DNA of 64,000 bases from positions 9,743 to 73,742 of the forward strand of contig JACTMU010000021.1 of the NCBI GenBank assembly GCA_014584465.1, read 5' to 3'. Every line of letters starts with the position of its first letter. The first letter of the stretch is position 1. This DNA is from Pseudomonadota bacterium (lineage in GTDB: Bacteria > Bdellovibrionota > Bdellovibrionia > Bdellovibrionales > JACTMU01). The notes under the pieces were generated by a model. It saw only the letters and a program-made list of their open reading frames with translations. It was not told where the DNA came from and ran no database searches. A program made the translations under genes and the position numbers. Positions 46,250-56,500 of the stretch are shown piece by piece.

Positions 46250-47005
46250 TTGTTGATTCGACTTCTCTGCTTTTTTCGATACATTCTGATGGCTCCTGTC
46301 GCCATCATTTGGACCATTCTTTGCAGTTGGGCGACGGCACTATCGTGTGCAATATCGGTCCATCGTCTTCGTGAGCAGAAGATCCTCCACTGGTGGAGTA
46401 AGGTTCTCATGCTGATCTTCAATGTGCACGTCGTAGTCACCGGGGAGGAGAATCTAGGAGATGAGGGGGCCATACTGCTTTTCAACCATGCAAGTCTCTT
46501 TGACATCACGGCCATCTTTACGGCCACACAAAAAGTGGCTCGCTTTGGTGCTAAAGTGGAACTTTTCAAGGTGCCCATCTTTGGTTCTGCCATGCGACGG
46601 GTGGGGATCTTACCCATTGCGAGAAATGACCGAGAAAAGGTCATTCAGGTCTACCATGAGGCCAGAGAGCGCACTCTGAACGGTGAGAGCTTTGTTCTTG
46701 CCCCTGAAGGAACGCGTATGGACAAACCTCAAATTGGCCCTTTTAAGAGCGGTCCATTCATATTTGCCATCAATGCACAGATTCCCGTTTTGCCAGTGAT
46801 TGTCAAGGGAGCTTGTGAGGTGTTGCCGAAGCACACTCTTTTCATCAATATGCATCAGTGGCGTTCTTACATTCATGTGTGCTTCTTACCCAGGATTGAG
46901 ACCGTGGGGTTGACCTTTGAAGATCGTGATGATTTAAAAGGCCGAGTTCGTAAAATGATGGTTGAGGCATTCGAAAATATCCAAGTTAAGGGGCTCAAAA
47001 AGTGA
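46250..47005 (+). CDS. plsC: 1-acyl-sn-glycerol-3-phosphate acyltransferase family
   Basis: FNHASLFD (HxxxxD) and APEGTR motifs with an N-terminal TM. TTG start with GGAG RBS. Confidence 0.8.
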   Translation: MLIRLLCFFRYILMAPVAIIWTILCSWATALSCAISVHRLREQKILHWWSKVLMLIFNVHVVVTGEENLGDEGAILLFNHASLFDITAIFTATQKVARFGAKVELFKVPIFGSAMRRVGILPIARNDREKVIQVYHEARERTLNGESFVLAPEGTRMDKPQIGPFKSGPFIFAINAQIPVLPVIVKGACEVLPKHTLFINMHQWRSYIHVCFLPRIETVGLTFEDRDDLKGRVRKMMVEAFENIQVKGLKK

Positions 47006-47778
47006 AGAGATGGATTGTGATCATTCCCTTAGGGATCTTGATTTTGGCCGGTGTTTTCGGAGCAGTTCACTATTTCAAAGAGCGTTCGATCACGCTCATC
47101 TCTCCGAAAAGAGGGCCGATCGTGGAAGCTGTCTATGGTCTAGGCAAGGTTAAAGCTGAGAAGCAATTTGAGATCAAGCTTGGTGTGATCTCCACGGTGG
47201 AGAGAATTTTTGCAAAAGAGGGAGATCACGTTGAGAAGGGGGCTCCATTGATTGAGTTTCAAACGGGAACTCTCTTTCGCGCCCCGTTTGAGGGGACCAT
47301 CACTTGGGTGGGTTTTCAACAAAATGAGACCGTGGGACCACAAGTAAGCGTCATGAAACTCGAAGACCTCTCCCAGTGGTACATCGAAGTGGCACTTGAG
47401 CAGCAGGGAGCCATGAGGGTGAAAAGGGGCCAGGCTGTGCGAGTGAGTTTTGAGAGTCTTCGGGGTGAGCTCACCAAAGGAGTCGTTCAATCTATTTTTC
47501 CGCGTGAAGGAGAGTTCTTAGTGCACGTCAAGTTGGAAGAGCTGCCAGCTCAGGTGCTTCCGGGGATGACCGCGGATGTAGCCATTGAAGTGTCTGAAAA
47601 GAGCGACGCACTTCTCATTCCTGTTTCGTCCATCACCAACGGTCGAGTCCTGGTGGAGCGAGAGGGTAAGCGAATTCCGGTGCAGTTGCACATTGGGACG
47701 GTCGATGGAACATGGGCTGAGGTTCTCGACGACGCTCTCTTGGTGTCAGATCAGATCGTCGTACATAGGAAAAAGTAG
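47002..47778 (+). CDS. HlyD/MacA-family periplasmic adaptor (short form)
   Basis: N-terminal TM anchor, biotinyl-lipoyl-like (IFAKEGDHVEKGAPLIEF) and beta-barrel segments. 4-nt overlap with plsC. Confidence 0.7.
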   Translation: MKRWIVIIPLGILILAGVFGAVHYFKERSITLISPKRGPIVEAVYGLGKVKAEKQFEIKLGVISTVERIFAKEGDHVEKGAPLIEFQTGTLFRAPFEGTITWVGFQQNETVGPQVSVMKLEDLSQWYIEVALEQQGAMRVKRGQAVRVSFESLRGELTKGVVQSIFPREGEFLVHVKLEELPAQVLPGMTADVAIEVSEKSDALLIPVSSITNGRVLVEREGKRIPVQLHIGTVDGTWAEVLDDALLVSDQIVVHRKK

Positions 47779-47779
47779 A

Positions 47780-49015
47780 ATGTTTTTTCTGGCGCTACGC
47801 CATCTTCTCTCAAAAAAACGTCAAACTTTTCTGATTCTTTTTGGAATCAGTTTGGGCTCTATGATCTATGTTGCCATTTCAGGCCTTCAATTGGGCTTTC
47901 GAGAGTTCATCATCGATCAATTGGTCAACAACGACGCCCACATTCGTATTTCAGCCAAAGAGGAGATTATTTCTGAGGAGTCCATGGTCCGCAATCTTTT
48001 TCCCGATCGAGAGGTTCTGTGGGTGTTGCCCCCATCAGGCCGTCGTGATGAGACTCACATCAACTATCCTCAAGGTTGGTTTGATCGGCTCCTACGCGAT
48101 CCAGAGGTGCTGGCCTATGCACCTCAGCTTAAGATTCAGATTCTGATCAATCGAGGTCATCAGCGGCTGACGTCCCAGTTTGTGGGTGTACTGCCGGAAC
48201 ACCAAAAGCGAGTGACGACCCTTGAAAACTACATCACCGAGGGAAGCCTCGACAGTCTCAGTGGTGGGGGGAATCAGGTGATCATTGGCCAGGGATTGCT
48301 CAAGAAACTTGGGGCACGAAAGGGTGAGACTCTTCTCATCTCTTCAGGACTTGGAGAACCTCGCCCATTTAAGATTGTAGGGATTTTTCAGCTCGGAGTG
48401 GAGCCCATTGACAATGGGACTCTCTTTGGATCACTCAGAGATGTGCAGCAGCTCAATCAGAGTCCCGGGAGAATCAGCGATATTGCGGTCCGACTTGTGG
48501 ATGTCACCAAAGCGGCTGAGATCGCAACGACATGGTCGATTTTAGGGCAAGACCGAGTTCAGAGTTGGGACCAAGCCAACCAAAACTTTCTGCAAGTCTT
48601 CAAGATTCAAGATGCGGTTCGTTTCATCATCACCATTGCGATATTGATTGTGGCCTCATTTGGCATCTACAATGTGCTCTCGATCATGATCAGCCAAAAG
48701 CGAAAGGAGATCGCCATTTTGCGATCCATGGGATTTGATCCACGTGATATCTTGGAGCTCTTCTTGATTCAAGGGGCCATCTTAGGTTTTCTTGGTGCAA
48801 TTTTGGGTTTGGGTTTCGGTTATCTCCTTTGTTGGGGACTTGAGCAGATTGATCTAAATCTTATGGGTCGAAAGGGGTTCATCATCTCTTATGGAGCTTC
48901 GATCTATGTTGTGGGATTTGTGATGGCGGTTGTGGCCTCACTGCTGGCAGCCTTCATCCCGGCTCGGGCTGCCAGCCGATTGACTCCAATCGACATCATT
49001 CGATCCGAGGTGTAG
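47780..49015 (+). CDS. ABC transporter permease, FtsX/LolCE/MacB type
   Basis: MFFLALRHLLSKKRQTFLILFGISLG N-terminus, a large periplasmic loop and a C-terminal FtsX 3-TM bundle. ATG 47780 lies 1 nt after the adaptor stop. Confidence 0.8.
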   Translation: MFFLALRHLLSKKRQTFLILFGISLGSMIYVAISGLQLGFREFIIDQLVNNDAHIRISAKEEIISEESMVRNLFPDREVLWVLPPSGRRDETHINYPQGWFDRLLRDPEVLAYAPQLKIQILINRGHQRLTSQFVGVLPEHQKRVTTLENYITEGSLDSLSGGGNQVIIGQGLLKKLGARKGETLLISSGLGEPRPFKIVGIFQLGVEPIDNGTLFGSLRDVQQLNQSPGRISDIAVRLVDVTKAAEIATTWSILGQDRVQSWDQANQNFLQVFKIQDAVRFIITIAILIVASFGIYNVLSIMISQKRKEIAILRSMGFDPRDILELFLIQGAILGFLGAILGLGFGYLLCWGLEQIDLNLMGRKGFIISYGASIYVVGFVMAVVASLLAAFIPARAASRLTPIDIIRSEV

Positions 49016-49018
49016 CTG

Positions 49019-49681
49019 ATGTCCATCGTAGCAGAATCGTTGGGTAAATCGTTTGGGTCTCCTAAAGTTCACGTATTGCAAGATCTCACCTTCGAAATCA
49101 AAAAAGGGGAGTTTGTCTCTATTTCGGGGAGGTCAGGATCAGGAAAGAGCACACTCCTCTATCTGTTGAGCACACTGGATGTTCCAACTTGTGGAACTCT
49201 TTCCATCATGGGAAGAGATCCCCACAAGATGGGAGTTCATGAGCTTCATCAGTTTCGAAATGAACACATCGGTTTTGTTTTTCAATTTCACTATCTTCTT
49301 CCAGAGCTCACGGCTTTGGAAAACATCCTGATGCCAGCAAGAAAGTCCAATCAGGAACAGATAAAAATGGCAGCGGCCATGGAGCTCTTAGGTGAATTTG
49401 GGATTGCCGACAAGGTCGATCGACTGCCCTCTCAGCTCTCTGGGGGAGAACAGCAGCGAGTGGCCATCGCGCGCGCTCTCATTCTGAGTCCCTCCATCAT
49501 CTTTGCCGATGAACCCACCGGGAATCTTGATACCGCCAATGGCGAGATCGTGATGGACCTTCTTTGTCGCACCAACAAAAATCAAGGCACCACTCTCGTC
49601 CTTGTGACCCACGAGCCCGAGTTTGCGGCCCGCGCTTCTCGGCAGATCACTCTGGTCGACGGACGCCTCCGCTCACCTTAG
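49019..49681 (+). CDS. ABC transporter ATP-binding protein (LolD/MacB family)
   Basis: [11 protein letters not shown] Walker [16 protein letters not shown] signature, [12 protein letters not shown] Walker B. Confidence 0.9.
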   Translation: MSIVAESLGKSFGSPKVHVLQDLTFEIKKGEFVSISGRSGSGKSTLLYLLSTLDVPTCGTLSIMGRDPHKMGVHELHQFRNEHIGFVFQFHYLLPELTALENILMPARKSNQEQIKMAAAMELLGEFGIADKVDRLPSQLSGGEQQRVAIARALILSPSIIFADEPTGNLDTANGEIVMDLLCRTNKNQGTTLVLVTHEPEFAARASRQITLVDGRLRSP

Positions 49682-49724
49682 GCTCTCACTGCACCGTGTG
49701 CTTAAGTTACTTCACTCAATCTCT

Positions 49725-49752
49725 CATTCGGCCCGACTCTCCGAACGGACTA
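49725..49752. repeat. miniature, degenerate copy of the intergenic repeat
   Basis: CATTCGG-CCCGACTCT-CCGAACGGACTA. The right end matches the copy-B terminus CCGAATGGACTA at 11/12 positions. Located in a convergent intergenic gap. Confidence 0.3.
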
Positions 49753-49808
49753 TATTTCAGGGCCCAGCATGTGCTCGATCGAGGGAGATTGAAATCTGGC
49801 GGCATGAA

Positions 49809-50744
49809 TCAGAATGAGGAAGCAACATAGAAGTTTGCGTAGAGGCCACCGGTCTCTTCAAACTGGGAGGTTGTGACCCCTTTGCTGTGGAGGTTTTGAA
49901 GAAGAGACTCCTTTTCGGTGGAATCGGCAAAGTTTCTTTGGAGAAAAGGTTGCTTGTTCACTCTGGTCAGTCGGTATTGGCAAAGAGAAAGTGCCTCCTC
50001 GATGGCTGCTAAATCCACCATACGCAATGCTGAAAAGGCGAAGGGTGGGCGTGGGCGACGCTTGTTTTTTGCAATCTCAGAGAAGAGGTTGAAGATCCCC
50101 TTGGCTCCAAGGTAACCTATACAACCTGTTGAGACCACAAGATCAATCTCAGGGAGAGATTCTCGAAGTTCTTGAGTCAAGTGAGATTCAATGTCACAAG
50201 CAAAACCTTCGGAGCAAAGGCCAACGGTTGTGGCCCAACGAACTGCGGGTTCTGAGATATCAAGACCGTAAAAGGTGAGTTCGGGGCGAGCGATGCGCTT
50301 TTCAAAAAACTCCTGAAGATCCTCACTATTCATAGAACTGCGGTCCGTAAGAAAGAGGTTGTAAAGAGTCTGCATCGAAAAGGAGTGTTTAAGTAGAGCT
50401 GCATTGACACCATAGGATGAGCCAACATCCAAAATTCGAATTGAATCCCGCTGCGGGATCAAGTTTTCAATGATGTTCTCATAGTAGGGTAACGTCTGAT
50501 CAGGGAGATAGTACCCCACTTGAGACATGGCCCGCAAATAGGAGTGGGGGGAGTTCTCAAAATAGACGTCATCGAATTGGGCTTTACCATCAAGTTCACT
50601 CACAATGAACTCCACCCTAGAGCCTTGAGTTCGATTTGTGCAAGGAGCGTTGCAAAACAGTTCGATAAAACCAAACCATTGAGAACCTTTGAATTCAGTA
50701 CTGGTCGATAGAGTTTGACCATCTGGATCTGCCGTTGCTACCAT
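49809..50744 (-). CDS. class I SAM-dependent methyltransferase
   Basis: ILDVGSSYGVNAA (motif I) and FYGLDISEPAV (post-I). The start is uncertain because ATG 50744 abuts the divergent neighbour. Confidence 0.55.
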   Translation of the reverse strand: MVATADPDGQTLSTSTEFKGSQWFGFIELFCNAPCTNRTQGSRVEFIVSELDGKAQFDDVYFENSPHSYLRAMSQVGYYLPDQTLPYYENIIENLIPQRDSIRILDVGSSYGVNAALLKHSFSMQTLYNLFLTDRSSMNSEDLQEFFEKRIARPELTFYGLDISEPAVRWATTVGLCSEGFACDIESHLTQELRESLPEIDLVVSTGCIGYLGAKGIFNLFSEIAKNKRRPRPPFAFSALRMVDLAAIEEALSLCQYRLTRVNKQPFLQRNFADSTEKESLLQNLHSKGVTTSQFEETGGLYANFYVASSF

Positions 50745-50750
50745 TTGGAG

Positions 50751-52034
50751 ATGTCGCAGTCGGGTGCTGTAAGAGCTTCAAAATCCATTTTGCTCGCGGG
50801 TCTGTTTGTGTTGATGGCGGGGGCGGGGGGTGCCTATCTCTTTCTGTTGCGACCCCAATCGGAGGAGCTCTTACCCAAAGTCCAAAAGGAAGAGTTAAGT
50901 CAAGCCATCCAGTGGGCCACCGAGTACATTCAAGGGGCCACTCATGAAGATGGAAAGTTTGTCTACCTTCGAAACCTCAATTTGGATGTTGAGCCCAAAT
51001 CCAAATACAATATTTTGAGACATGCTGGGGCGATGTATGCTTTGGGTATGGCGGAGACGAGGAGGCCGGATCCGAGGAATCGGACGGTCTTGAAGCGCTC
51101 GGCTGAGTTCTTGTTGTCGTGCTGCCTTGATGACACAAATTCTGAAACTTCGTCCATGAAGGGGATCTGGTCAGATCCTCAGATCGAAGGAGCCGGCAAG
51201 AGTGGTAAGCTTCGCGAGGCGAAGTTGGGTGGCACTGGATTGGGTCTTGTAGGTCTTCTCAGTGCGGAGAAATTTTCTAACGGGTTTGTTAAGATGGAGG
51301 TTGCAAGGGGGCTTGGTGAGTTTTTGCTTTTTATGCAGGAGCCCGATGGAAGTTTTGCTTCAAAATTTGACAAGGTCAAAGGCAAGAACACTCAGTGGCA
51401 CTCACTCTACTATCCTGGAGAGGCCGCACTTGGTCTGATCCGCCTCTATGAGTTTGATCCCAACTCTCGTTGGTTTGAGGGCGCGCTCAAGGCACTCGAC
51501 CATTTGGCCCAAAAAAGGGAAGGACGTGGGATGAAAGTCGAATCCGACCACTGGGCTCTCATTGCAACGGCTGAGCTTCTTAAGATCTCAGCATTGCATT
51601 CCACGATGGTTACCGCGCCACAAAGAGAACGACTGGTGCAGCATGGTGTTCAGATTGTGAGAAAAATGCTCGCAGAGCAGGTTTTGGACCACCGAAAAAA
51701 GAGCCTCCTTGGTGGGTTTGCCCAAGATGGCGCAACAACTCCTACAGCAACTCGTCTTGAGGGACTGATCTCATCCTTAAGCTTTATCCCCATGGATGAA
51801 TCTCTGTTGCGAGCCCAACTGCTGGAGGCCGTTGACAGGGGGATTGCCTTTCTCCTGCGGACTCAAGTGAAAGAGGGCGAAATGCGAGGAGCCATCCCTA
51901 GGATCATGTACATTCCGACCAAAAGATCCCATATTTTACGAAGTCAGAAGGACCCTAAGCGAACTGAAGTTCGCATTGATTACGTTCAACACGCCCTCAG
52001 CGCGTTCATCCAATATGAATCCATCCTGAATTAG
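50751..52034 (+). CDS. membrane-anchored protein with a probable alpha/alpha-toroid (six-hairpin) domain
   Basis: N-terminal TM SILLAGLFVLMAGAGGAYLFLL. Repeated helical-hairpin motifs YNILRHAGAMYALG, KLGGTGLGLVGL, YYPGEAALGLIRLY. The fold assignment is tentative. Confidence 0.4.
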   Translation: MSQSGAVRASKSILLAGLFVLMAGAGGAYLFLLRPQSEELLPKVQKEELSQAIQWATEYIQGATHEDGKFVYLRNLNLDVEPKSKYNILRHAGAMYALGMAETRRPDPRNRTVLKRSAEFLLSCCLDDTNSETSSMKGIWSDPQIEGAGKSGKLREAKLGGTGLGLVGLLSAEKFSNGFVKMEVARGLGEFLLFMQEPDGSFASKFDKVKGKNTQWHSLYYPGEAALGLIRLYEFDPNSRWFEGALKALDHLAQKREGRGMKVESDHWALIATAELLKISALHSTMVTAPQRERLVQHGVQIVRKMLAEQVLDHRKKSLLGGFAQDGATTPTATRLEGLISSLSFIPMDESLLRAQLLEAVDRGIAFLLRTQVKEGEMRGAIPRIMYIPTKRSHILRSQKDPKRTEVRIDYVQHALSAFIQYESILN

Positions 52035-52036
52035 CG

Positions 52037-53020
52037 TCATGAAGGGTTAGGGCCGGAATGAGTTTCATTGAGCCTTACTTGGTGTTCATGGTCTAAGTAG
52101 GAGTCCGGATACTCCTTGGACTCGAGGAGCCCTCTCAGTTTACGTATGGCAATCATTCGTTCGCTCGCCTTTGGCCAAACTGCGTAGTGAGAGAGATGAA
52201 TGGGAGTTCGAAGTGAAAAGGTGCGCACGCTGCTCCCCCAAGTTGAATTTTCAACGGTCTCTTTTGCAAAAACAGCAACGCATCTTCCGCGTTGGCACAA
52301 ATTGATTGCAAACTCCCGGTGATCGGTTTGAATGATCTCTTCAGGGAAGATCCCTCGTTGAGTTAGATGGTCATCGACAAGACTGTTTAGGAGATGATCC
52401 CATGAGCTTCGGGCAAGCGGGAGAACTCGAAGAAGGTCACTTTTCTCTTTGAATTTTCGATAAAGTTTTGGAGAGACACAAAAGACCATTTCAACTTGAC
52501 TGATAAGTTTTGAAGCAAGACGGGGGGACTTGGGTTGGTCAAGGGTGATGGCCCAATCGAGTTCGTTGATCAGCACCTTCTTTATAAGTTCCTCAGGTAA
52601 AAGTTCGCGGAAGGTGTTGACGGACCCATAGGGTGAAAAGAGGTCCCAGTACTTGGTCACAAAGTTGAGCGCCTGAGGTGCTGAGACTGTCTCTTGAATC
52701 CCAACCCGCACGGAATAGCCGCCAATTGAGGAGGTTGACAAGGTGTCCAAGATTCGAGTTCCCGTCTCAAACATCTCACGAGAATGGTGAAAGAGGGAGA
52801 TCCCCTCGTTGGTGAGAGTGATTTTGCGAGGTGCACGATAAAAGAGTCGCTGATCCAAAAAGGACTCCAGACGTTTGATCTGCTCGCTTACAGTCGAGAT
52901 GTTGACCCCGATCGCCCGGGAAGCCTCTTTCATTGAACTTTTTCGCGCAACTTCGTAAAAATAGTAGATTTGATTCCAATTGATATCTTTGAGTTTTTTC
53001 ATCTCTTTGGATTTTTTCAT
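52037..53020 (-). CDS. LysR-family transcriptional regulator
   Basis: N-terminal wHTH WNQIYYFYEVARKSSMKEASRAIGVNISTVSEQIKRLE plus a substrate-binding C-terminal domain. Alternative start at 53002. Confidence 0.85.
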   Translation of the reverse strand: MKKSKEMKKLKDINWNQIYYFYEVARKSSMKEASRAIGVNISTVSEQIKRLESFLDQRLFYRAPRKITLTNEGISLFHHSREMFETGTRILDTLSTSSIGGYSVRVGIQETVSAPQALNFVTKYWDLFSPYGSVNTFRELLPEELIKKVLINELDWAITLDQPKSPRLASKLISQVEMVFCVSPKLYRKFKEKSDLLRVLPLARSSWDHLLNSLVDDHLTQRGIFPEEIIQTDHREFAINLCQRGRCVAVFAKETVENSTWGSSVRTFSLRTPIHLSHYAVWPKASERMIAIRKLRGLLESKEYPDSYLDHEHQVRLNETHSGPNPS

Positions 53021-53088
53021 AGTTTGGATCTACCTAATCACACTTATTGGTTATTGACAAATTGTGAATCAAACAGGATCCTGAGTCT

Positions 53089-53553
53089 ATGAGAAAGCGA
53101 GTTGCTCGATGGTCTCATAGATCGGGAGCCGTCCTGGTCTTAAGCCTGCTTCCTTTTTTTGGTATCTCCGAAGTCCTAGCAATCTGTGTGAAGGTGAGTC
53201 GTGCAAACATCCGGTCTGGCCCGAGCACTTCTGCTCGAAAGGTGTGGGAGGTCTATCGCTACATGCCACTCAGAAAGGTGAGGACGCAGGGCGCATGGTA
53301 CCAAGTTCGAGATGTGGACGGCGACGCCAATTGGATTCACTCAAGTCTTGTGACGGCCGACTATTCCTGCGGTGTGGTCAAGGTGAAGGAGGTCAATCTT
53401 CGTTCTGGTCCCGGAACTCGCTATCCAAAAATCGGAACAGGGGATCACTACCACAGCTTTCGGGTTCTCAAGACCAAAGGCAGTTGGGTCCAAGTGAAGG
53501 ATGAGTACTCTGATGTCTTCTGGGTCTTTCGATCCCTCATCTGGATTCAGTAA
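53089..53553 (+). CDS. secreted tandem SH3b-domain protein
   Basis: Signal peptide plus two SH3_3-like repeats: ANIRSGPSTSARKVWEVYRYMPL..GAWYQVRDVDGDANWIH and VNLRSGPGTRYPKIGT..GSWVQVKDEYSDVFWV. Confidence 0.65.
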   Translation: MRKRVARWSHRSGAVLVLSLLPFFGISEVLAICVKVSRANIRSGPSTSARKVWEVYRYMPLRKVRTQGAWYQVRDVDGDANWIHSSLVTADYSCGVVKVKEVNLRSGPGTRYPKIGTGDHYHSFRVLKTKGSWVQVKDEYSDVFWVFRSLIWIQ

Positions 53554-53555
53554 TT

Positions 53556-56500
53556 CTAGCCCACAACCTTGTGGGCGTCCTCAAGGCTTACAGAGACCAT
53601 CTTTGAGACACCCTTCTCTTCCATCGTCACACCGTAGAGCTTCTTATTGATCTCCATCGTGTATTTGTTGTGGGTTACCACAATGATCTGGCTTCGTTTG
53701 GCCATTTCACGAACAAGATCGTTGAACCGCTGTACGTTGGCATCATCAAGTGGTGCATCGACCTCATCGAGTAAACAGTAGGGAGATGGCTTAACCAAAA
53801 AGATTGAGAAGATGAGGGCGACTGCGGTCAGAGCCTTTTCTCCTCCGGACATCAAAGTGACGTTTTGCATCTTCTTTCCAGGAGGTTTTGCAATGATGTC
53901 TATGCCCATCTCACCCTTCTCCTGATCTTCTACAAGAACAAGCTTGGCTTCGCCTCCTCCAAATAGCACGGGAAAGACCTTTTGAAATCGCTCATTGACG
54001 AGTTCAAAGGTCTCTTTGAAGCGCTTGGAGCAGATGCGGTTGATCTTATCAATGACCTTTCCAAGTTGCTCCTTGGCTTTAATAAGATCGCTTTGCTGTT
54101 GATGCATAAACTCATATCGACCCGAAATCTCTTCAAACTCTTCAATGGCAGAAAGATTGACATCGCCCATTCGACCAAGCTTTTGTCGCAGCTCCTTGAG
54201 TTTCTCCTCCGAGTCAGGGTCGACCTCCACGTTGCGGTACTGTTCGACGAGTTCGGGGAGTTGACGTTGGTAGCGCTCCTCAATTTGATTGACGAGATAC
54301 TCCTGCTTCATTTTGACCTGCTCCAGCTTCAATTGAGCTTCGCTGATCGTCGTCAGGATCTCCGATTTGGAGCTTACAAGTTGAGAGAGTTGCTCCTCAT
54401 GTTCGCGGCAAACACGATGAATGATCTCAAAGTCATCCTTTCCCTGAGATAGACGGCGGGCAAGGTCTGAAACCTCTGTGATCAGATGATCCAATGTCAG
54501 TCTCTTCTCTTCCATCAAAACCTGATTGGTCGAGATCGATTCGCTGCTCTTCTCATTTTCAACGGATATGCGCGAGAGCTTGTCGGTGACGTCTCTCAGA
54601 TTTTCTTGAACCATCTTAAGTTGGTTCTCCAGTCCATCGGCCTCTTGCTTCTTTGAAGCCAATCGAACCTTGAGCTCTGTCACCTCATTTTGAAGGTCAT
54701 CAAACCCGATCTGAGAACTCTGAAGTTTTTCATCGATGGTTTCAACACTGGTTTCAAGTGTGGTTTTCTTCTCACCCATCTCTTGAAAGTGCTTTTGAAG
54801 TTCATCAAACTTCAAGATTCTTTGTTGCAGCTGTGAATCCACACTCTCTTTTTCTCGAGTTTCTCGATCAAGTGCTCTCTGAGCGCTCTGCAACTCTTGT
54901 TCAGATCGCTCGTAATCCTTTTGAAGCGTAGTGACGCGAATCTCTTGCTCCGTTGCCGTTTTCTTTGCGTTTTCAAGATCGCCAAGGACCCCTTTGAGTT
55001 GGTCCTCTTGCTTCTTTTGGGTCACTTGGGCGAGGGCAAGCTTTCCCTCCCACTCCTCCTTTTGAAGTGAGAGCTCTTTGATCTCTCGCTTTCTTTTAAG
55101 AACGCCCGAATCGGCACTCTCAGAAGAGCCACCGGTTAAGACTCCATCAGGAGAGAGAAGATCCCCCTCAGGGGTCACAAAGGTCCATTTTGGAAACTTC
55201 GGGCGTAGATCCAATGCGGATGATATGGAATCCACGATGGCAACCCTCTCCAACATAGGAGAAAGAGCACTCCGATACTCCTCTACGACCGAGACCACAT
55301 CTGAGAGGATCGCTTGCACAGCTCCGGTTGCCATCTCAGGTGCGGGCCCCTGATCGGTCCTCTCAACCACCGATCCGCCGCCACCTTCACTCAGTGAGTA
55401 GAAGCTCGAACGGCCTCCTTTTTTATTTTTGAGATACTCAATGGCACTTAAGCTTTGTGTGCTATCTTGGGCGACAAGAACTTGAAGTTTCGTTCCCAGC
55501 GTGGCTTCCATCGCCACTTCGTATTGGGAGGGGACCTCAATCATTTCTGAAAGGAGTTGATATTCGCTCTTGTCTCCCTGCTTTTGCCAGAGCATCACAT
55601 TGCGAACACCCTCTTGAAAACCTTCGAAATTGGACTGCATGTTTTCAAGACCATAAAGACGACTGGAGATCTGATTGACTCGATCTTTGAACGTTTCAAC
55701 TTCAGCGCGACGTTCCGCAACCTTGGCTTCAAGTATCTGGCGATTGGCCTCAAAATTTTCGATATCCTGCATAATGGAGAGTTGCATTTGGCGTTGCCCC
55801 TCCACTTCGCTAAAGAGGGAGTTTCTGCGAGTGGTAAACTCATCTCGCTTCAAGAGCAATTCATCCAAGACCAGTTGAATCCGCTCAAGGTTCTCTCGAG
55901 ATTCTTGAACTCGAACCTCTTCCGCATGCACCTTGGCATCCAAATGGGAATGAGTTTGGCTGACAGCAAGAAGTTCACGTCGCTTGTCCGTAAGTTCCTG
56001 GTCAAGGTTCTCAATGAGCGCTTGATTCTCTTCGAAGGCTCCGGCACGCTCTTCGTACTGGGATTGCAAAAGAGAAACTTCGTTTCGAAGTTCGTGGACC
56101 TTTGTGGAAAGTCTCTCATCGTCTTTGGTAAGAAGATCCTTTCGGAGTCTCTGCTCCTCAGCAAGTGAGCCGGTCATCTCCTTGTTGCGTCGAGCTTGTT
56201 CAATTTCAAAACGGAGTTCTTGAAGAGAGGCTTCGAGTTTTTGAAGTTCACTCTGCTTTTCAAAATGCTCTTTTTGAAGAGTTTCAACCTCCTTCTCTTT
56301 TTCCGTCTGTTTCAAACGCTCCTGAGCAAGTTCAGATTCAAGGGTCTGCATTTGGCTTTGGGCTTCGGCTTGTCGCTCCTGTTTCTCAAGGAGAATCTCT
56401 CGAGCCTTCGAACTCTCCTCTTGATAATGGAGGTAGTTCTTGGTCGAGCAAACAAGATCAATCTGCTCAATCTCATTTTTGACCTCTCGATACTTCGCGG

